Assembly (NCBI GenBank): GCA_964035545.1
Contig: CAXIUT010000184.1
Span: 1 to 42,724 of the forward strand
DNA from: Bugula neritina
Taxonomy: Eukaryota; Animalia; Bryozoa
Length of the DNA stretch: 42,724 bases
Direction of reading: 5' to 3'
Position 1 is the stretch's first letter. The number at the start of each line of letters is the position of its first letter. Below the pieces are notes generated by a model. The model saw only the letters and a program-made list of their open reading frames with translations. It was not told the DNA's origin and made no database searches. Made by a program: the position numbers and the translations under genes. This document shows, one piece after another, positions 36,001-42,724 of this stretch.

Positions 36001-39000
36001 AAAACGCTATTATCTTTAAAGAAGAAATGGGTGTAGCCAATGCCAACAATACATCTCCAGGTAGCTTAATGCCTTATATTGCTCATTAAAGCCATTTTAT
36101 CAAGAACAAAGCCTAGTAACAGTTATGAATAAAATGTAAAGAGGTTGAACGTTATCAGCGCATGGTCGCTTATCTGGTCAGTAGGCTCTTCTCTTCAAAA
36201 CGTATCATATGGATAGTTATAAGCTGCTTTAAGAGCGAACATGCAAAATGTTTTTCTACCTAAAACATAAACCCTTTTTGACTTCTTTGTCAATCCTGAT
36301 AACTTTGTCTCTTTCAGTAGTTGGTAAGGTAAATTGCAATAATTCTAATTCCCTAAAGGATAATAATATCACAATATTATGGTCCCCACTATTGATACTC
36401 TCAAGTATAAATTTGTCTTTTAATTACTCCTTTAATATAAAAAACCTATCCTTATCACAGGAGATTCAGGTGTTGGTAAAACATCACTGCTTGTTCCTTT
36501 CCTCTTCAATAAAAGAGATCAAAATATAGTTACCATTTTCTTGAATTTTTCAGCTAAAACTAAATCAAAATAAACACAACTAGCCATCGAATCAAAACTC
36601 AATAAAAAAGGCAAAACACTATTCGGAGCAAGACCCAATTAAACCATTGCCATCTTTATAGATGATGTCAATATGCCATAGCTATAAAAATAAGGAGCTC
36701 AACCAACTATTGAACTTCTGAGACATTTTATTGACTATCAAGGTTTTTATGATCGATCTAAGTTGTTTTGGAAGCAAGTAGTCGATACAACGATGATTGG
36801 TTGTGGAGCTACTCCCAGCGGTGGAAGAAATAAACTTAATTCTAGATATCTTAGGCATCATATGGTCATCTGTCTACCTGAACCTTCAGATTCTAACCTT
36901 AAAAAGATATTTAATTCTATATTTAAAGGATTCTTACAAGTTTGGAACTTTTCAGAAGTAGTTAAGAAGTTATCATAAGGTCTAGTTCATGCTACTTTAG
37001 ATTTTTACAAAACTATCAGGAAAGAACTCTTACCAATACCTAGTAAATTCCATTATTTGTTCAATCTGAGAGATATTAGTCGTGTTTTCCAAGGTATTTT
37101 GCAATGTTCTTTGGACGAAGCCAACTCAACTTAAAAAATGATAGCACTATGGTCACATGAATTACAACGAGTTTTTGGTGATAGACTCAACAACATAGAG
37201 GACAGAACTTGGTTTTATAACTATAGTTCTCAAGTAAGCAAAAGATATACTGAAGGAATAGATAGTTAAAAAATAAAAGGACTACATTTTACCAAATTAT
37301 TATCCTTCTAAACTGAATAACCTACTTATGAGTACGTCTAGGATCTCAAAAAGATAATATAGTATCTTGAAAGTAAGATGTATGAATATAATCTTGAAAG
37401 TTCTGGTAAACTAGAGTTGGTTTTCTTCAAATAAACAGTCTAGCACATACTAAAAATATTTAGAGTACTCAGTCAACCACGTGGAAATGCTATGTTGATA
37501 GGAGTGGGCGGCAGTGGCAAACAATCTCTATCTAAACTAAGTTCTTTCATAGCTAAATGCCAAATATCTCAATTATAGTTTGGTAAAAACTATGGCATTG
37601 ATGCTTTCAAGACTGATCTTCAAAAGATATCTTTGCTAGCTGGAGCAGATTAGAAACCTTTGTGTTTTCTTTTTATTGACACTCAAATTTTGTATTAATA
37701 GTTTTTAGAAAGTATCAACAACTTGTTGAATACAGGATAAGTTCCTAATTTATTCAAAAAGAAAGAAGAAATCGATGATATCATGAACAGAGTTAGATCT
37801 AGTGCATTAAAACAAAAAAAAGTTGATAGTCCTGAATCTCTCTGGTCTTTCTTCATCGCTAATATCCGAGCTAATCTTCATATTGTCCTATGTATGAGTC
37901 CAGCTGGTGATTCTCTAAGAATAAGAGCAAGAAAGTTTCCTTCTCTAATAGATTGCTGCACAATAAACTGGTTTGATAGCTGGAGTGAAGAAGCACTGGT
38001 GTCTGTAGCTCAGAAATCACTGACATAAATGGACTTACCTGAAGGTAAAGGATAACATTTTGTACGTCTATGTACAAAAGCAAATATCGATAACTATGAA
38101 TTGGCTTATAAATATTTAGCAAATGAGAGAAGAAAAGTATAATCAACACCAAAAACATTTTTGGATCAACTTCTTCTGTTCAAAAATATTTTACAACTGA
38201 AAAATAAAGAAATTTAGCATAATAAAAAGATACTTACTGAAGGAATATAGAAATTATACTCAACAAACGATATAGTATCAAAATTAAAGATCTAAATGAC
38301 TAAAATGCAACCGAAATTATAAGAACAAGCTATAAAGACATAATAATTTTTAAAAAGACTAGCTATTTAAAGATAAGATGCCAATGTTGTTGAACAAGAA
38401 GTGCTAGCATAAACATTATAAGCTAACTAACAAACAGTATAGATCAAAATCATCAAAGACGATGCACAAGCTGAATTAAGTAAAGCTATGCCTATGCTTA
38501 TTGAGGCAGAATAAGCTCTTAAAAAAATAAACAAAGGTGATATCTCAGAAATCAAAGGATACGCCAATCCACATCCTATCGTCTTGATGGTACTGTAGGC
38601 TGTTTGTGCTCTTCTAGGTTAGAAGAATGATTGGACTAGTATTAAGCTCGTCATGATGGATCTTAACTTCCTTGATAGACTTAAAAGTTATGATAGAAAT
38701 AATATCAATGATAAAACGCTTTTTAATTTGAGAAAATATACAACTAAACAAGAATTCGATCCATCAATAGTTGGTCAAAAAAATTTAGCATCTAAAAGTT
38801 TATGCATGTGGTGTAGAGCTATTGACAATTATGCAAAAATAGCAAAATAAGTTTAGCCTAAGAAAAGAAAATTAAATTAGCTATAAAAAGTATTTGATGA
38901 GAAAAATAAGATACTATTTATGAAGCAAAAACAGTTATAGAAGGTGAAATAGAAGGTAGCTAAACTTCAGAAAGAATGTCAATAGACACTAGATTTAAAG

Positions 39001-42000
39001 AATCAATTACAAAGTGATTTAGACTTAACAATAAAAAGATTATAAAGAGCATAAAAATTAACAAGTCTTCTCAAAGATGAAGGACTAAGATGGAGTACTT
39101 TAATCGATGGATTCAAGTCACTTATCATATAAACTCCAGGATAAGCCTATCTCGCATCTATATACCTATCATATCTTGGTCCTTATACTGGATAATATCG
39201 GCAATAAATCATCTCCAATATTACAGAATAGATGAAAAATAGTGGTGTTTTCTATCCTAATAACTTCAGTCTGACTAATACTTTGTACGATCAGATCACT
39301 GTGAGAGATTGGATTCTTGAAGGACTTCCCAATGACCCTACATCTATTGAAAACGCTATTATAGCCAAAAAAGGTATAAGGTATCCTTTGATGATTGATC
39401 CACAATTTCAAGCCAACAAATGGCTTAAAGTCAATGAAACAGACAATAAACTGTCTATTATCAGCTTTAGTAATCCTAATTATTTAAAAGTGTTAGAGAT
39501 GGCTGTTAATTCAGGTTATCCAGTTCTTATCTAAGATGTTGAATAAAATTTATAAAGCGCAATAGATAGTTTACTTGAGAAGAAAGTACAGGTGATAGAC
39601 GGTTTGAAAATGACTTTACTTGGAGATAAAAAGGTAGTTATTGATTAAAGATTTTATCTTTATATGACTACTAGATTAGCTAATCCTAAATTTTTAGCAT
39701 AAATATATAACAAATCAACAGTTATTAACTTCAGCATTACCTTTAATGGCCTAAAAGATCAACTGCTTAGTGATGTATGCAAACGCTAAAAACCTGAGAC
39801 TGAGTAGCAAAGAGATGAAATCATTGTGAAGGTAGCAGCCAATAAGAAGTTTTTGAAGTTAACTCAAGACAAGATATTAAAGATGTTGGCATAAAGTAAA
39901 GGAATGGTCTTAGATGACATATAGTTGATAACAACTTTATAAGAATCAAAGATAAAATCAAAAGAAGTATAAAAGTCATTATAGCAAAATTCAATAATCT
40001 AGTAATAGATAAATATCGCTCGTAGTTTATTTGTACCAACAGCTATTCGAGGAACTATCCTTTACTTCGTTATATCTAAACTATGTCTGATATAATCGAT
40101 GTATTAATTTTCACTAGAATATGTAAAAAAATTGTATCTGACTGGTCTAGAAAGAGCATAGTTCAATGCCATGATTTAACTTAAAATAAGACGACTTAAT
40201 TAAAGTATTACCAAAATTATGTTTACTAGTGTATCTAGGTCTCTTTTTGAAGTTCATAAAAAATTGTATGCCTTTTTGATATGTACTGCCATCAAAAAAT
40301 AAGCTAAAAATATCTCTGAGAAGGAATGGAATCTTTTTTCAAGAGGGGCAGGCATCAAACCTAAAGTTTTCAAGTAGGTTTTGCCTTGTCCAGCAACAGT
40401 TACTCCTGATAATTGGTATTTGATGCATAAGTTAACAGAATTAAAAGGGTTATAAAATTTGATGGGCGATATGAGAGGTGGATTTTAGAATTATAAAACC
40501 TTCTTCAGATAAGATAATCTCTTTACTAATCCTTTTCCTGGTAAAGATGTGGTGGTAATAAATAATTTCCATCTACTTTTGATGTCTAGAGCTATCAGTC
40601 CATAAAAATTAACTTTCCATATGTCGAGCTATGTGCAAAAATAATTAGGCAAATACTATGACTAGTCTCATGTTGTTTCTATTTAGTAAGTTCTATCTGG
40701 TTGCACGTTCAGTGTTCCAGTTCTTTTTGTCCTTTCTACAGGAGTAGATCCGACTAATAATATACTTAACTATTGTATGAGCAAAGGAATTAATTTGGAG
40801 ACTATTTCTCTTGGTCAAGGACAAGGGAAAAAAGCACAAAATCTGATTTAAAGGTCACAAAATGATGGAACATGGGTCTTACTTAACAATTGTCATCTTT
40901 CTAAAAGTTGGCTAGGATAACTCTAAAGAATCATCAGCAGCTTTTCAGAAGATACCATCCCTAATAAGTCATTTAGACTTCTTCTTAGTAGCATGCCTGT
41001 CAGCTATTTCCCATCAAATATTCTACAAAATGCTGATAAGATAACTCTATAGCCTCCTCGAGGAGTAAAGCCAAATATATCTTTATCTTTTAAATAGCTA
41101 AATGAAGATGTATTACAAGCATGTCCAAATAGAAAGAAATAGTGGTTGTAGTGTCTTTATAGTTTGACTTTCTTCCATGCTTTGATTCAGTAAAGAAGAA
41201 AATACGGTCCTTTAGGTTTCAATGTTAGATACGATTTTAACAACTCAGATCTATAGATGTCTTTAAACACTCTTAAAAACTTTTTAAATGATGGTAGATA
41301 AGATATCAACTGGGATGCTATCTGGTACATGATTGGAAATATCAACTATGGCGGAAGAGTCACAGATGATCTGGATAGAATCTGTCTGATGAGCACTTTG
41401 AAAAAATGTCTTAATCCTTAATTAATTACAACTGCTGCAGGATAAAAATACTACTACTCTGACAGTGACTTGTATTACTGTCTCAATTGCCATACTATTG
41501 AAGATTTTATGTTGACTATCGATAGAGTACTGCCGAATAATGACACTCCATAGGTCTTTGGACTTCATCCCAATGCCAACTTGACTTTTATCATCCAAGA
41601 ATCTAATAATATACTCAATTGTATTCAACTTTTACAACCTAAAGAAACTAGCTAGCAATCTGGCGGTAATAAGCTACTATAAATAATAGCGAATCTTCAA
41701 CAATTACCTTTACCTATAGATATTAGTAAAGTCCCTGCACATTTATTAGGCGATAACAGCAAAATCTTCCCCTCTATGACTAACTTCCTCTTACAATAAA
41801 TCGATAAATTCAACAATTTCCTTTCTATTATCTAGAATAGCCTTATAATGTTAGAAAAAGCTATCAAAGGAGCTATTCCAATGAATTCAGATCTGGATTA
41901 GATGGCAATTGCTCTTCAAAATAATTATTTGCCTCAAATATGGCTTAAAAAATGTTACTAAACAATGAAACCATTAGCTTCCTGGCACATTGACTTCAAA

Positions 42001-42510
42001 CTGAGAATGGCCTTTCTTAGAAAATGGTCAGAATAAACTCCAAATGCTTACTGGATCAGTTGTTTCTTCTTTCCTCAAGGATTACTGACAGCTTTCCTGC
42101 AAACCCATGCCAGAAAAAACAAAATACCAATAGATACACTCAGTTTTAAGTTCAAACTGACATAAGTCTAAAAGTAGAAGCTAATTCAGCCAAAAGAAGG
42201 AGGTTATATCTATGGAATGTTCTTTTAAGGAGCAAGATACGATACAGGACGTGATACTTTGGTGGACGAGGAGATAGGTAAACTTAACTAGCCAGCTCCT
42301 TCTATTTTACTTTTACCTTTAGAGAACCATGAAATCGGGTAGACTCAGTACAACTGTCCATGTTATAAGACAAGCAAGCGATCAGGTGTTTTGTCAACGA
42401 CTGGGCAATCGACTAATTTTATTTTGGGGATTCATTTAAATTCTAAGACAGAGAAGACAGATTACTGGACACTAAAAGGAACAGCTTTGATCTGCCAGTT
42501 GAATTATTGA
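30004..42510 (+). CDS. Axonemal inner-arm dynein heavy chain, DNAH6-like
   Basis: N-terminal [30 protein letters not shown]1: [56 protein letters not shown]2: [21 protein letters not shown]3: [11 protein letters not shown]4: GVGGSGKQS. Also [41 protein letters not shown]; TGA 42508-42510. Start codon not visible; a few indels in 30300-31300. Confidence 0.95.
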
Positions 42511-42633
42511 TTATCAATCTGTTCAATGAAATTTACTCTTTTTATCAGTAATATAATTGCAATATTGAATTAAATTATAAATTAATTGAGTATATTTTAA
42601 AGATATTCATTCATTTTGAAAGGGTTATTCTAT

Positions 42634-42724
42634 GGGGTTGGGGTTGGGGTTGGGGTTGGGGTTGGGGTTGGGGTTGGGGTTGGGGTTGGGGTTGGGTGGG
42701 GTTGGGGTTGGGGTTGGGGTTGGG
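42634..42724 (+). repeat. Right telomere, (GGGGTT)n
   Basis: About 15 G4T2 units at the window end, ending TTGGG. Confidence 0.97.

Noticed and set aside
200-42510. Standard ciliate code (UAR=Gln), split code (UAA=Lys, UAG=Glu), or mass pseudogenisation
   Set aside because: Both TAA and TAG sit on invariant Glu residues (APE, ENE, GKTE, DEMG), and frames are otherwise long and conserved.

Overview
A telomere-to-telomere ciliate macronuclear chromosome or contig: (C4A2)n at 1-95 and (G4T2)n at 42634-42724. It is AT-rich and very gene-dense. The supplied standard-code ORF track is largely uninformative because TAA and TAG are sense codons here. They fall on invariant or catalytic Glu positions in at least seven unrelated proteins, and TGA is the only stop (UAR=Glu, peritrich-type table 30). 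Retranslated by hand, the window encodes a GSK3-like kinase, a HEATR3/Syo1-like protein, a small TM protein, RNase H1, a GH35 beta-galactosidase, coiled-coil proteins, an ERK7/MAPK15-like kinase with a TEF loop, a SMARCAL1-like helicase, a nucleoside hydrolase, a retinoblastoma-related protein, a highly divergent and apparently motor-dead inner-arm dynein heavy chain, and an intact DNAH6-like dynein heavy chain. Introns are tiny and nearly uniform (eight of 20 nt, one of 21 nt). Four internal G4T2 tracts share one polarity and end in the same ...TTGGG register as the true ends. One sits inside the divergent dynein ORF and preserves both frame and length, which points to nested alternative chromosome-breakage/telomere-addition isoforms (possibly collapsed in assembly). 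Scattered single-base indels, mostly in homopolymers, look like long-read errors, so some gene boundaries are approximate. All family calls come from motif recognition; no database search was run.
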